48,349 nt of DNA from Patellaria atrata CBS 101060 (lineage: Eukaryota): assembly GCA_010093705.1 (NCBI GenBank), contig MU006120.1, positions 124,001 to 172,349 of the forward strand, read 5' to 3'. This document shows, piece after piece, positions 26,179-40,277 of the stretch (the first letter of the stretch is position 1; each line of letters starts with the position of its first letter). Below the pieces are notes generated by a model, which saw nothing but the letters and a program-made list of their open reading frames with translations, made no database searches and was not told where the DNA came from. Both the position numbers and the translations under genes were made by a program.

Positions 26179-28967
26179 AACGACACTTGTACTTGAAACG
26201 CGGTATCAGATGTGTTGACAAAGAGAAACAGAAAGAGAAAATTTGGTAGCTACGAGACTACCCCACGGCAGGAATTGAGGGAGATAAATATACATGTTGG
26301 GACAGTCCTAGACGTGCTAGATCATCTCAACGAAAGTGCTGGGCCTGAACTGATACTTCTTCGTGCATCGGGGAGATAGTGAAGCGCATAACGACTATGA
26401 GCTCCACGTCATATAGCTGAACGAATCACCTATGCTTGCTCTCATGCGTAGTCTCAGGGTGCCAGCGTAGTCTTTTCTTTATCCCGTAAAGCTCAGTATA
26501 AAGATGGCTAGATCCTCCCCAGCGAGACTGGGAGGACGAGGGAGGTCGACGACATTTCTGCCGGATCAACACAGAGGAAGTCCCGAGCAACGAACGAGAA
26601 GCTGGGCCCCGCCGACGCTCGTCCTGCAGAACAATGTCTATCAGCAGTACTTGTGAAACAGCGATAAGGTAGTGTCGAGAGGCTTGCAGTTGCACCCGGC
26701 CCTTAGCCATAGTCTTCAGGCTGTATGCCGTCTGTGCTTTGTTGCAATCGCAACAATAACGAGCAACGGGGACCCATCAAAAGGTCATTTCAAGCAGCAA
26801 TAGGGTGCCAAGGATCGCCAGAAAGTCGAATCTCCCGGCCTAATGAGATAGCGTGGACGGTGGATGTGTGTTATGGCGAAACGGCGAAGATAGTAGTGTG
26901 GCTCTTATGTTCTACTGGCTAGCATAACCGTCCCGGCTTTCCTGCTGCAACGCCCGCCTGTTCCCTGCACGGCTTAGGGGTATAATAAGGGTATAATGGA
27001 TGAACATATTGGGATGGACTTGACTGTTCGTTGTTGAGAGATTGAGAGAATGTCTTGCCTTTCTAGGGGGAAGATTGCTGAGGCTACCGAGAATGCAATA
27101 TCACATCCTGTGCTATGCGGACCAATTCGATAGAGGAACGCTCGTTTGAATGCGGATACCGCTAATAATTATTGGAACTGGCGACATCGTGCAGTGGCAA
27201 TTGCTAGTAATTCGAGCTTATCAGGACATCTCCCGGCCCTGTCGTTAAAAAAGATCCTGACACCCATAAGGTACCCCCTACCCAAGCCTCTGATTCACTG
27301 CACAAGTTCGCAACGGTTCTCACCATCAGAACCTTGTGGACCGCGCTGCACCTGCTGCAGTAGTGTAAGGTGTTAGCAAAAGAAGTTCTGGTTCAAGACG
27401 AGATCGCGAGTAAGTAGCTCGATCCGAGAACTGCGGTATTCTGAGCGACAAAGAATGACGGGCTTCATGACGAGATAACTGCCCTTCTGTGCTTCCAACA
27501 TCCTTCGTTCAAAACCATTTTCGCCAGTACCATCTCGATCTAGAAATGTTCAGATGCTGTCGGCCGTGACGGGGACGAATAACCTCATATCATGACCATT
27601 TTTCATTTCTAGCGTCACTGATAAGCTTGCTCGACATATATTGCTGAAAAGTCCTGCGACAAGTATCAGAATCCCGACGGGACGGAAGGCGACATATTGG
27701 ACCTGCAGTCTCATTGCGTTGGAAGGACCGAAGAACAACTTTATCCTTCTTTCTACCGGCCTCAGTTGCCTCACGAATTCCACCATTTCTCCAACCACCC
27801 CCTCGCGAAGGGCTAGGTTGGGGAACAGCGGTGAATGTTCTCATCTCGGAACAAATGCGTCCAGTGCGTCCATGTCTGCTCGATGTGAGATGGTCATTCT
27901 TGGAGACGAGACAAGAAATACCTGGTCAATATGAAAAATGACCTTGATGGATGCAGGCCTTACGAGATTGGGGGGGATGGATCACGGCTTCACTTCAGGT
28001 ACAGCACGATACAGAGAAACCCAGCCTAAGAACCAATGACAGAAATGGGACTTTAGCCTTTAAGGTTCGCAGTCTTCATTTGCCCTCTCCCATGACCTTT
28101 CTATACTCTACATATTTTTACAGTGGCAACATTCTTTTCTCTCATGATCTTCATGTTCTTCCTACGAGTTCTCAACTTTTCAAGACAATATTTCAGCAAC
28201 GATATCAAAGCTCGACAGGCAAAATAGGCATTTCTATAGACTATATGTACGAACACATTTTCAATTTTTGATTTGGTAGAATGGTAAGATTGCGGGCATT
28301 CGTGCCGGTCGACAACTAATTAACATCCGTCCAAGCGAGTGGGCACGTTTCTCCACGTGCGCTTAGCTCACTGCATTCGCTGCCAGGATATCGGAGATCT
28401 ACCACATACAACTTTCTCTTCAGAACGACATGTGTAGCCTCCGACTCCGATGTGATAGAATACGTTAGAGACAGATTAAGACAACCCATTATTGTGCGGC
28501 ATGGTACCTTGGATAACGGTGGCTACTTATCCTGAGTCTCAATGTAGAGGACCGGCTTAGTGCCCATATTCCACACTCCTCAAATCTTCGCGCAAGAAGA
28601 GAAGTTGAAAATAGTCTCAATTCAGTCTGATATCTGTCCGATATTCGGAATTTTCACCGTCTATTTACAAGAGCTGACCAAGCAGACATGGTTCAAGAGT
28701 TAAGCTATAGCCTAGAGCTAATAAGGATTCCTCACTTCGTTCTTGAATCGTAACGGCGATCGACTACCCAGCAACCAACAACGCCACTACTTCACCGTAT
28801 ATAAAGGATAATGCAAGAGCCCGCAATAATGAGGGAGATTTTAGGTAAAAGTAGCTCACTCACTCAAGACTCCACTTCGTTGTTAGCGTATTATCTTTTA
28901 TCCTCTACCTGCTACAAAGCAGGACATGAAAGAAAATTGTACGCGCTTCCATCTATCCTTCAGTTAT

Positions 28968-30417
28968 CTACAACTTACTCTTTCCGCCAAGGACCACGCA
29001 TTCAATCCACTCCTTGATAATAATGTTAACGGCTTGGGGCTTCTGGGTCAAGGCCCAGTGCGTAGCCGGGACGCTGCGCACAGTAAGATTTGATAGGTAT
29101 TTTCCCATCCCTCTCCCCATCGATGGCAGCAACACGTGGTCGTACTCTGCTTGGACATACAAGGTAGGAATGTCGATATTCGACGACTTGAGTCTTGCAT
29201 TCTGTGAGATGGGTGGTCGAGGAGGTAAGTTCCGTGACTATCACTTACTGTTGATCTTCTTCCCAATTTATCTCTCTTGTCCTATACCAGTTCACTGCGT
29301 GATATTAATATCTGAGCCGCGATCATCACATATATACTCACCTGTCCCATGAAGGCCGTTTCGATGATATTGGTCCACGTAGTACTCCAATTCTCTTTCA
29401 GTCAACAATTTGCTCTTCCCAACCTTAAGCAGGTTTTCGAAGATTATACCCTTCGTTGGGTCGAACATCAACTCTCCACTGGCACCCTTTCCTCCGTACA
29501 TGCCATTCAAAAACTGCCTGATCTCCTCTTTCGTCGTGATCTTCCCTTCAACTTCAGGACTTGCAAGATGGAGCTGGTACCCAAATTGGGGTAGCGGGCC
29601 CTTGACCATGTCTTCTGTAGATATGTACTGCTTGTGTACGGGGGCAAATGGCGTGCAAACAGAGAACACATGCGTTATCAGTTCCGGATGCCACATCGCC
29701 GCACGCCAGACAACAGCACCTCCCCAATCATGTCCGCCTAGCACGATCTTGGGCGCATTGAGCTGTCGTGCTAACTCCGCGATGTCGTCCGCCGCTCGCT
29801 TCATCCCGTATAGAGACAACGGTGCGGGAGGCACCTGTGGTGCATCCTGCCGAACGGTCACATTTGATTCGAGACGTGCGCTGAAGAGTGTAACAGAGAG
29901 ATAACTTTGCCTACCGTTCCACCATATCCCATCATATCAGGTGCTACAACTCTGAAGCCCATCTCTAGTAGGATGGGAATCTGGTACCGCCAACCAATCG
30001 AAAGGTCTGGCCAGCCGTGGATCTACAACGCATGTTGTCAGAGCCAGCACGAACTGCGTCATACACTCCTACGAACCCCATTCAAATGAGGCAAAGGGAG
30101 GCGATGATGGGAAGGGGTGGTTGGGTAGAATCTTCGATCACTCGATAAACGAAAGTATCGACGGGTAAGACCTACGAGGAAGATTGTCCCTTTGATAGTA
30201 GCATTGTTATTTCCAGGCAGCCCGAGAATATAATCTGCAAGAGGATTTTTTGCAGTCAGCTGCCTCTGTGCCAATGATCCTCTTTCGCCACAGATTATAG
30301 GGAAAATCTGGGCTATGTGGGGAAGGGGGTAAATTCACGATAGGTCTGGCCGTTCACATTCGCCTTCTCATGCGTGACGCGACTATCGTCGTACGGGTCG
30401 ATTTTGTCAACGTCCAT
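28968..30417 (-). CDS. Soluble epoxide hydrolase (alpha/beta hydrolase), multi-exon, C-terminal SKL peroxisomal signal (PTS1)
   Basis: HGWPD oxyanion motif, [17 protein letters not shown] nucleophile Asp, FGYQL, ATHWAL, ends GGKSKL*. Confidence 0.92.
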
Positions 30418-31707
30418 TGCGGCACCCCGGTGGGAAGTTTTCTGTTTACCGATAATGCAAAGGCACTGAGTAATAGAGTGCCAACAATTTCTCTCCGGCA
30501 CATCCGAGGAGAGTAAAAATTTCTTCGCAGATGGTGAAGATAAGGTTCTCACTTCTCTCTCTGGGTTTCGCTTTGGCGATTTCCCTCTTGCAGAGCCGAG
30601 GTTCCCCTACATGTACCTTCGTACCTAGTCCAGTGGAATAAACAAGGCCATCATAAGCAAATCCTGCAGTAGTGATGATGTCTCCGCCGTATTATTAGCC
30701 CTATCGTGCAGATACGTAAATGCAGCAACCTAAAGTAACTTGTCCCCCTTTATCAGACAATTATTCCCATCCACGCCAGGCTTGTCATGTCAAGGTGCTA
30801 CAACCTGTCTTATACCTTATATATGGTTCTTCTGAAACCCGGCAGGAGTCAGCTACGCGAAGGATGGCAATCTTCCCATATTTGCATGTGCCAAAATTCC
30901 AGCAGCATACCCCGAAAAACGGAACAGGAAGAGGGTATCCGCAATCTGCATGTCCAAGTCTGCCACGTCGTCGAGCTTTTCATCTCGTTGCCCCAGCACA
31001 TCGGGCTCAGACAAGCAAGTTTATATATTATCGAGTAGCACAGCATGAAGGTGTAGTAAAAATGATGGTAAGAACGGTAAGAAGATGGTAAGCCGAAACA
31101 TCGAAGCAATAATCGTGGTGAGATTGTCCCGTTCGGTAACCAGTAGCAATTAGGGTACGTTCCGTTCACGCATGCTTCATCCAGGCTGTCGGAATGGAAG
31201 GGGGGAAGATGGTGCTACTGCATCTTCTGCATGCTTGTTCGAATAGTAACCGCGAAGCCGTCGGAACACAGGGGTTACAAAAGATATACGTGCTGTGTAT
31301 TCGACTCGCGTGCATGCGGTACGTATCTTTTTCCTTATTATCAGTTTGTGAGATTGGAGGATGACAGCCAATGAGAAGAGACAGCGAAGATGGGACGAGG
31401 AGAGGGAGGAAGCGAGGACATGCGGCTTGCGGGCCCATATTAACGTGCATTCGCCGACTACAATGGGACCAGAGGACAGATTGATCTTGTGTGACTGGTG
31501 GCGGGCGCAAGAGGAAGACAGAATGTCCAGGATCTTAGGTTGCTCGATTGACGATGTTGTTTTGCTGTCTTATGAAAACAATGCTATCTTACACCATGCT
31601 CATGATAAGTGTCATACCCCGGAACCGAATTCACCTCTACCATCCACCGGAAAACTCGAGTGTCTTTTGTTAACACTATTAAAACTGGAAACCAGGGCGA
31701 GACAGGA

Positions 31708-32794
31708 TCAGTAAATCACCGTATCCTCGTCCGCTTCCATAACGACATCTACGTTTTCATCGCCGCCCTCCTTACTCTCCTCGGGCTCAGGGATCATTTT
31801 GCCATTCGTCTCTGCTTCTACTCGTCGTTGATCTTCCAATGGAGGGGACTGTTGATTAGTATCGCCATTAGGGAGGACATCAGGAGACTTAGCATGATCT
31901 CCTGAAGAACCCACCTCGTTTGAAGGCTTGGGTTGCTCTGTGTCAACATCATTCTCACCGAGATCGTTGGACTCCGCACCATGTTTCTCCTTCTCCTTCT
32001 CACGCGTCTGCTCGAACTCGTCCAGTTCTCTGTCGATTGTAGCTTCCGCTTCTTCGATTTGGGCTTTGATGATATCTTCGTCTTTGGGGCGCAACTCCCA
32101 AGGTTTATAGTACTAGCTACTAGTCAGCACCTATACTTGAAGTTGTAAGGATAAATCCCAAACATACCAATCTCGGCTCCGTTCTTGTGTAGAGGAAGTT
32201 TGCCGTAGCTAGGAGATTCGAGTGTCGTATCCGCATCTAAAGGAGACCATGATTAGCCCCTAAACTTGCAATGCACATTCAAGCTATTTCCCTACCGATT
32301 GCTCGTCAAACTTCTTCTGCTCCCGCCTTCGAACAGCCATGAGATCATCCAGCTTGCGTCTCTTGCTCTCGTCATGCTCTTCTGCCTGCTGCTTCAGCTT
32401 CTCTTGCTGCTTCTTCTCAATGTCCGCCCGTCGTCTCTGTGCTGCTGAAGATGAGCTTTGTGAGAGTGTGCCGAGCAACGCGCCAAAAAGCCGCTGTCCT
32501 CGTTTACGTTCTTCTATTTCGCCATTTTTGCGTTTTAATGCCCGTAGCTCGGCTGGTGTAGGTTTTGCTTCCTGGAGAGTATCATTTTCCCTCTCGACTT
32601 TGACTCTGGGGCGCTTGTTCTGGGTGTCTGGTGCCGATGACGATTGTCTTCTCTTGCCTGTGGGCGTGGGGGAGATAGATTCTTGGGGATCTGCTTCGGG
32701 GACTACGACTGCGGATGCTATGACCCTGGAGCTATATTAGAATTCGAAATCTAATGTAGGAAACATGCAGCACTTACGGTTGGGTATCTGACAT
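31708..32794 (-). CDS. Pinin/SDK/memA-domain protein (splicing/EJC-associated), multi-exon
   Basis: EERKRGQRLFGALLGTLSQS, RRADIEKKQQEKL, ANFLYTRTEPRL, YKPWELRP, acidic tail ending EADEDTVIY. Confidence 0.85.
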
Positions 32795-33203
32795 GTTTAG
32801 AAGAGCATTGAAATAGGCCTAGGGATGCTCAGCAAAGAAATCTACTACACGGGTGATGCTGAATGGTTAGATTGTCCAAGCTCGCGTTTACTTTACGCGG
32901 GCGAGGCTCTTTCTCTTCCGCGGTCTAATTATGGCGGAAGAGAGATGCCAAGGCTCTTAGAAATGCGACTCCTACCTCAGCATTCAACTTCCCTTTGTCA
33001 TAACTCCACGCTCGAACCTTCCACGTCATAGGATCAAACTTATAACAACCTCTTTTAAGAGGTACAACTTCTCATAAAGCTTTTCAATCTTTGCGCCGAC
33101 CACACATACACGCACACATACGTATTCAGCCCACACCTAAAGGCTCGCACAGTGAACTCAGCCTCATCGAACCTTTCTTAACTTTACATATCCAGCTTGA
33201 GCC

Positions 33204-33584
33204 ATGTCTCGCCACCATCCGTAAGTCCCTCTCAACACCCTTTTCCCAGATTCTCCAGCTAACCTTCCTTTCAGCGATCTCGTCATGTGCCGCAAACAGC
33301 CCGGTATCGCCATCGCCCGCCTCTGCGACAAATGCGACGGCAAGTGTCCCGTCTGCGACTCTTACGTGCGTCCCACAACCGAAGCCCGCATCTGTGACGA
33401 CTGCTCGTTTGGCAATTACCAGAACAAGTGCGTCGTCTGCGGCGGGGAGGGCATCTCAGATGCTTTCTATTGCTTCGAGTGTACACGGCTCGAAAAGGAT
33501 AGGGATGGCTGTCCCAAGATTATCAATTTGGGAAGTAGTAGGACGGATCTGTTTTATCAAAAGAAGAATTTTAGGAACCATTGA
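33204..33584 (+). CDS. RDS3: PHF5A/Rds3/Ini1, SF3b splicing factor. Exons 33204-33220, 33275-33584
   Basis: [39 protein letters not shown]...[21 protein letters not shown], near-invariant for this family. Confidence 0.98.
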
Positions 33585-34185
33585 TTCTAAACTGGGGAGG
33601 ATGGATCCAGTAGCAATATTGGGATGGATGTGGCACTAAGAGCTGCTTACTAGGAATAGGACCAGAGGAGAGGCTCGGTTTATTCAGTACCTAGGATGGT
33701 CCACTGCAGTTGGGGTTGGAGTTTGGCAACTAGATTTGGAGGCTCCATGTGGTATGCATGCACGATATACTACCATATCAAAGACGTTCTGACAAAGCTC
33801 TAGCTTCTATTCTCTCAAGGTGACTGGTTGTGATGTTCGTGATATGATGTTAACATAGGATTACAGGATTCCGGTATCATTCCTTTGCCAGAACCTAGGA
33901 TACAGTTGTGAACGTTCTTGAATACGACTGACAATACCCTCATGAACTATTGATGTATCTATTCATGTAAGTCCAATTAGATTATTTTTTTAAGTCTCTT
34001 GCGGCTTTAAGTGCCGTGCTTTGTCTAAGTATGATACAAGAATTACAATTCAATGTGAGTTGCCATGCAAGTACCTTCATAAAATGTGATAAAACCTTCT
34101 TCATGCCCACGATCGTTGGCGTAGGATTACTTGTGGGTAGAGAGTACTATAGCAAGTTTCATTCGCGTAATTCGTACCATAATGC

Positions 34186-35581
34186 TTAGATATAAGAAAC
34201 CTTGACGCCCATTCCCACGGTTCTCCTAACTTTCTCCCACGCATCTCTCAAGCTCCGCTTGATTCTTTCTCTCAGATCTCTGCGCCCAAAGGCCAGTGTG
34301 AAGGCCAATATGAAAAAAAGGATTCGTAACAAGGCCATGGGATTATTCGTGAGTGACGTTGCCGTGTCTATTATGAGGGTATTCAACGAGGCGAACATCG
34401 TCGAAGCCCTTTTGTACAGTCCAGGCGGCGGACTAACATTCTTTTTTACGGCTTTCGACGACCTTGAAGGTGTCGACGGCGTGCCTTGCTGTCTACCCTG
34501 CCCAGTCCTCGGCGCTCCATTCATCTTACCCGTCGAATCTTTACCCGGCGATACAGGCGCTCTTCTTCTCTTGAGCTCCTCTTGCCTCAGCTTTTCCTCC
34601 TCCATCTTCTTCTCCTCAGCCCTTCGCGCCTCCGCCTCTCGCTTCCGCTGCTCAAGCTGCTCCTGCTGCTGTTTGCGTAACTCCTCTTCCCGCAACGCGG
34701 CGTGATCATTCTCCTCCCTTAACCCGTGCAAGGCGAGCAGGAATGCTTCCTTGCGCTCATCGTCCAGGATCTCGGACATACTGATGAACTCGCGGGCGTA
34801 GTCCCACTCGTCGTTGCGCGGGAGCACGTGCAGAGTGTAAAGTTCGAGTAGCTTGAGGCGGACATTGAGGTCGCGGGGAGTACTGGCGCCATGAGTGGAG
34901 GGACGGCCGGGTAAAGAACCCCGAGAGGAGTCCATGTGCGCGGATATGTCGAAGGTAGGGTGAGAGACGGCGGATAGATAGGTCTCGAGCCGTTGTTGGG
35001 TGAGTTTTTGGGTTGGTGAGTGGGTTAGAAGAAGTGTTGCTCTTTAATTTTATTAGCATGGGAGGTCATAGATGATATGTCTTCTCTTCGTACAGGTTTA
35101 CTACGACTTCAGGGTCGACGTCTCCTTCGACACCTCCGTACCCATCTCGCACGATGTCCTCCCATGCACTCCCATCCCGCGCTTTTTGCACCAATGACTT
35201 CCATTTTGCGGTCCCGAATGCGTGTTTTCCCTCCTCCGGTCCCAATTCAACCACAGAGTTCAGGAACGTGAGATAGAAGCTCCAGACCTTAATCCGCGTG
35301 CCCCTCGAGGCCGCCGCAACGGGGGCTGGACTGGTAGTTGTAGATTCCCCATCAATATCACCGTTCGTGGTGTTGGGCTGCTGCTGCGGTGAGATTACCG
35401 GCTCGATCGTGGACAGAGCCTCGGGGAGACGACGCGTAAGGAATAATTGCGCGGCTTGTCTGTATGCCTTCGCAATCTGTGAGGCCTGATGACGGGATGC
35501 GGAAAGGCTAGAGATGGACGATGACAGCATATGTGAGGCGGACAGGGAGTCCTCATAGGTGTGGGACATGGTGGTCGTCAT
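34186..35581 (-). CDS. PEX26: Peroxin 26 (fungal). Exons approx. 35581-35094, 35041-34186
   Basis: YRQAAQLFLTRRLPEAL, RIKVWSFYLT, VVVNLATLLL, ELYTLHVLPRNDEWDYAREFI, C-terminal TM then GMGVKVSYI. Confidence 0.88.
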
Positions 35582-36218
35582 GCTGCCATTGAGGATTCGG
35601 GGAACAATGGGATGTTGCAGTGGGAAGGACCTTTTACATGGCGAGCTGGACGTCAAGGGAGAAATGTTGTGGGTGATTACGCTGGAATGCTGAACCTCGG
35701 CAAGATCGGACCTTGTTGGACGATGAGGTTCGGGTCTGGTTGCTCATTGGGAATGTCAACTTTTGAAGATTGCTTCTGAAATTACACATGCAATTCGTAT
35801 GAGTAGTCTTGAGTCTACTGGCGACGAGTATCTTGCTGCACACTCTTTACAGTCATCTACGGTCATTAGATAAGTTGATGAATGACAATCCTGATCGATT
35901 CATAGTTGCCTGCTTTCTTTCAGGCAGACTCCAACACCTCCCAAAGGTTTGCAACTGCCAACCTTCTTCATCAAACTGCTTTGTATAGTCCTTCTGTCAT
36001 TCGAAACAACGAGTTAGTCTCGGTTCGCAGACAGACACGGCGTTGATTGTTTTCTCTGTTCTGCTAGTCACCCGCACTGCATTCCTTAGACGCTTCACAT
36101 CCACTCCATTCTCTCATTACCTTCCAAGGTGATCTAAAATCCCTTTCCGTCCAACTCCTTACGCTCGCTTTACATCCATGAAGTAATTCCTTAGGCCATT
36201 GTTCTCTTTATCGTCGTT

Positions 36219-38294
36219 ATGGATGTCACCCGAATATCTTTTCCAGCTCGGCTACTGGAAGTACTCGAGGCGTTATCAGAATCCACATTCGTAGCTCTGG
36301 ATCTCGAACTATCAGGTATACCAGTTCAGAAGCCTCGAAATGCGCAGAAGCAGACCATGGAGGAGAGGTACCAGGAGGTCAAAGCTGCAGCAGAGCGTTT
36401 TCAAATTCTCCAAATTGGCCTGACCTGCGTTTTTGAGGATCTCCAAGAAAACAAATATACCTTAAAACCGTACAACTTCAATCTGTGTCCCATCCTGGAT
36501 GAAAAATTGGACATAGAGAGAGAGTTCTCTTACTCGAGCGGCGCCGTAGAGTTCCTACTCAGTCATGGGTTTCATATGGAACTCCCTTTCACAATGGGTG
36601 TGCCATATCTCTCGCGTGAGGAGGCTAAACTAGCAAAGCTACTAGCTTATGAGAGATTTGACTCTTCAAGTTATGAAACTATAACAATAGATCCTAGTGA
36701 TATCCACTCGTTGGCGTTCATAAATCAGCTCCGGGAAGATATACAGAGTTGGGAAAAGACGGGTAAAGTAAGTGGTATCGAAAACAACATATTTCCATAA
36801 TTTATTTTAGCGCTTTCTGCATATACTAATAGATATCAGCCTTATCCTGATTGCTTATGGATTCCCACTCGTAGGGCGGAAGATATAGGTGAGCCCCGTT
36901 CACTATCCCGCTACGAGAGAAGGCTAGTTCATCAAACTATTCGCTCTGAATACCCGGATTATGTCACTTTAACTAGGAAAGACTCTATCAAAATAATATT
37001 CTACGACCAGGTTCGTGAGGAGGAAGTACTGAAGTCTAAAAAGAGAAGGGTCAAGGAACAAATCTCTCGTCAAGTCGGTTTCAGATGGATTGTAGATGCC
37101 ATGACTGGAGAAGATATCAGTAACATTGATGTTCAATCCTTCGCGAAACATCCGGATACTGGACATGACAGATGTGTAGATTTGGATGAGCTGAGGTCCC
37201 GCTTCAACTACGCACGGGAGAATTTGAAGAATCGTCGACCTGTATTGGTGGGGCACAATATGTTCACCGATATGGTATATTTCTACAAATGTTTCATTGG
37301 AGCCTTACCGCCTACCTTGCGAGATTTCGAAATAGCTCTAAACGAGTCGTTCCCAAAGATTGTGGATACAAAATATCTCTCTACTCATATGAGTGGACAT
37401 CTTAACTCCACGTTCACACTCGAGCAATTGGAAAAAGACCTTCGAGAGCAGGAGACGCCGCTTTACAGGGTTCATCCAAAGTTCACCAAGTACACCGAAG
37501 GTGGATTTGCACATGAAGCAGGCTATGATAGCTATCTCACTGCTGTTGTCGCTATATTACTTTCTGCGAAACTTGAAGCGTCCGGAAGCTGGGTGGACCC
37601 TCAGGACCATATTCTGTCAGATGACGAAGCGTATGAGACCGCACCCGAAGATTCCAGTCGCATATCTTTAGATGGCCACGTTCTGTCCACAGTTGACCCT
37701 GTCGTTGAGTCGACGGAGCATTCTTCACCGGAGACCCCATCTACTACTGGGACTGTCACCATGTCACCAGTAAACAGCCCAGTCACTATTACCACCCCTT
37801 CAGTCTCTTCTAAGAAGAAAAAGAAGAGATCAAAAGCGAAACCCGCATCCCCCGAGTTGAAATCTAAACCTATACCTCCCAAATCGAAATCACAACCTAC
37901 TATAGCGAAAGTCAAGAACAAATTCGGTCATGCAACGATATACGATCGTTTGTCATCTCTAAATCTAGACGAAGACCGCAGGACACCTTCCCCTGAAGTA
38001 CTAGAAACTGCTCCTCGCCCTCCGCCCGAAGCTGACGGTACGCTGAGCAATGATCAGGTCTGGGATACCAACATTACCGTGCCTATTAAACAGGTCTGGG
38101 ATGAAGACGCGAACAACGCGGCGCTGAACGCGTTTCATACTTGGGACCAACCAGTATCAATGGTTAAGAGGGAGCCGATGATTCTCATGCCCCATTTCGC
38201 CACCGATTTCTGGCGCGTATACGGGAACAAGTTGAGGGTTTTCGGGACCGTGGAAGGCATTTCGGTCTTGCCGAGCTGGAAAGTTGGAAAATGA
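36219..38294 (+). CDS. CAF1-family DEDD ribonuclease with R3H insert (PARN-like). Intron 36768-36839
   Basis: FVALDLELSG, FQILQIGL, LSRYERRLVHQ (R3H), LVGHNMFTD, FPKIVDTKY, HEAGYDSYLT. Confidence 0.9.
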
Positions 38295-39105
38295 GCATGG
38301 TTGTGTGGTATTACTAGCGTTCATCCATTGCCTTATCACCTGATTCTACAACCACCTAAGATAGATGGAAGCGTGTGGGTGCCCTCGTGTATAATACTTT
38401 AATGCTGCGGCATAACACAAAAATATCGAATGGCAGACAAAATTCTGAATAATTATTGTCCTTTCAATACGGTGATAAAACCCAATGTACGTTTAACTTC
38501 CACCAGAAATGGATCTCAATCGTACAGATGTGATGATATTTAACCCTTCCCCATTCCCCATTCAAGATGCATCTCCGAAGGGGATATACCTCGGTTTAGA
38601 TTTATATACCAAACACAACCCCTTCTAAACTCGTTCATAAGGCATACACCCCTTTCTCTGCGCTTACTCCCAATAAGCTGGTTCCTTGGTCAAGTGCTAA
38701 GATCTTAGTCTTCCGGAACTCCTCTGGCCGGGTGTCATATCTCGATGTTTGTTTGACCCTTACCGCTCAAAGGGTTGTGACAAGTTCGTTTGCTATTATT
38801 AGTTCTTGGTATTTTGCTTTTTGGAAATGGGGTGAGCTATGAGCCAGGGGGGGGGAGAGGAAGAGTTATGGAACGGAAAATGTGCAATAGAAGTTGAGTA
38901 GTGAGGAATCCGGTTCTGAAGGGATATGAAGGGGGCGACTGAAAGGGTGGATAGATACAATGTGTTCTCATTTGGGTTAGACAGTATATGGGAAGTGGGA
39001 GCTCGAAGACAATGTTAGTTACCAGAGCATGCCAGCTGCACTGGTGATGATTATTCATTGATCTCATTCGGTGAAAATAAGGGTATATTGCAGCAAACTC
39101 CGCTA

Positions 39106-40277
39106 TCAGCATTGAAACGCTATTCCCTTTCTCTCCACAACATTCTTTCCCCCGCCCGCAAAACCCGTGCCCTCACTCCTGATTTCAATCAAGCTTGGTT
39201 TCAGCTTTTCCTTGTCTTTCTCCTTGTCCTTTTTACTCTTCTTCTCCTTCCCTTCCTTCGCAGGGTTGCCTGAGAGATATGTGTCGCAGACATAGCACCG
39301 TAAGCTATCATCCTTATGTTCAACATGCGGATTCGTCTCGCCAGTTGGAACCTTCATGAACTTCTCGACACAAGGTTTGCATAAAACATGTCCGCACGGG
39401 ATCGTGAAGAAGGCTTTCGTGGAGTTACTCAGAGCTTTTCGACACGCCGGACAACTCCGTAATACCTTCCCAGTCTCTGCTGACGTCTCCTCCGTAAATT
39501 TGAGGTTTGTTAAGCTCTTCAACGAGATCGGATGCGGACTTTCCTCGCTGCTCGCCGGACACACCGGATCCAGCTTCTTTTTCTTCGTCGGCGCCTCGAC
39601 GCCAACTCCCGGTGTCTGCGACGGTACCCAGAACGAAGGTAGATTTGAGCGCGCATTTGCACGTTTCTCCTCGTGGACCTTACGCTTCATCCTCGTTCTC
39701 TCCTCCTGTGCAACCCGGACTAACTCATCCTCATCTAGTTCGAACTTCCTTTTCGTTCGCTTCTGCGCGCCCTCCACTTCCTCCTTCTCCACCACAATCT
39801 TCCCTCCCTCTCTTCCCACAACCCTTGCCCCACCCGCCGCCTTCTCTAACCCCATCTGCACCATCTCAAACTCTCTCACCGCCCGCTCTGCCGCCTCGTC
39901 TTCCTCCCTCCTTGATTGCTCCCCCTCCTCTTTCCTCCTCTTCTCCTCTTCTTTCTCTAGCCTCTTGATTTCTTGCCGTTGCGCAAGCAGATTCGACACC
40001 GCGCACTCTCTGCAGAAAACGTCACCGTGGGCGCAAGCGATGGGGTCTCGCGAGGGGAGAAGACAGAGCTGGCATGAGGAGAAGGGGAGGAAGGAGTCGC
40101 GGGAGAGATGCGTGCGTTGAGAGCCCCAGGTCGACTTTAATTGGGCGCGTTCGTGAGAGGTGAAGAAGGCGAGAGAGGTGTTGCGTTTACCTAGGGTAGG
40201 AGGATTAGTTTATCACGAGGTTCAGAGGGGGAATCAGATTGGGAGATAGAGTAAGATGTAAACTTACTGTGCGCCAT
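39106..40277 (-). CDS. NOSIP-like U-box/RING protein. Exons 40277-40268, 40190-39106
   Basis: MAHSKRNTSLAFFTSHER, RDSFLPFSSCQLCL..RDPIAC, LPSFWVPS, CPACRKALSN, CGHVLCKPC, EGTGFAGGG, ends AFQC. Confidence 0.9.

Noticed and set aside
33000..33030. GGTTCGAG (minus strand) resembling a tRNA T-loop/B-box; similar at ~40905
   Set aside because: No T-stem pairing or cloverleaf around either site.
28968..35581. PTS1-bearing epoxide hydrolase near PEX26 as a peroxisomal cluster, or as part of the RiPP pathway
   Set aside because: Separated by unrelated housekeeping genes and 16 kb from the RiPP pair; no evidence of linkage.
39356..40120. Long antisense ORFs (also 8927-9451, 29410-29904, 32339-32740, 34202-34705)
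   Set aside because: Shadows of real or probable genes on the opposite strand; low-complexity translations.
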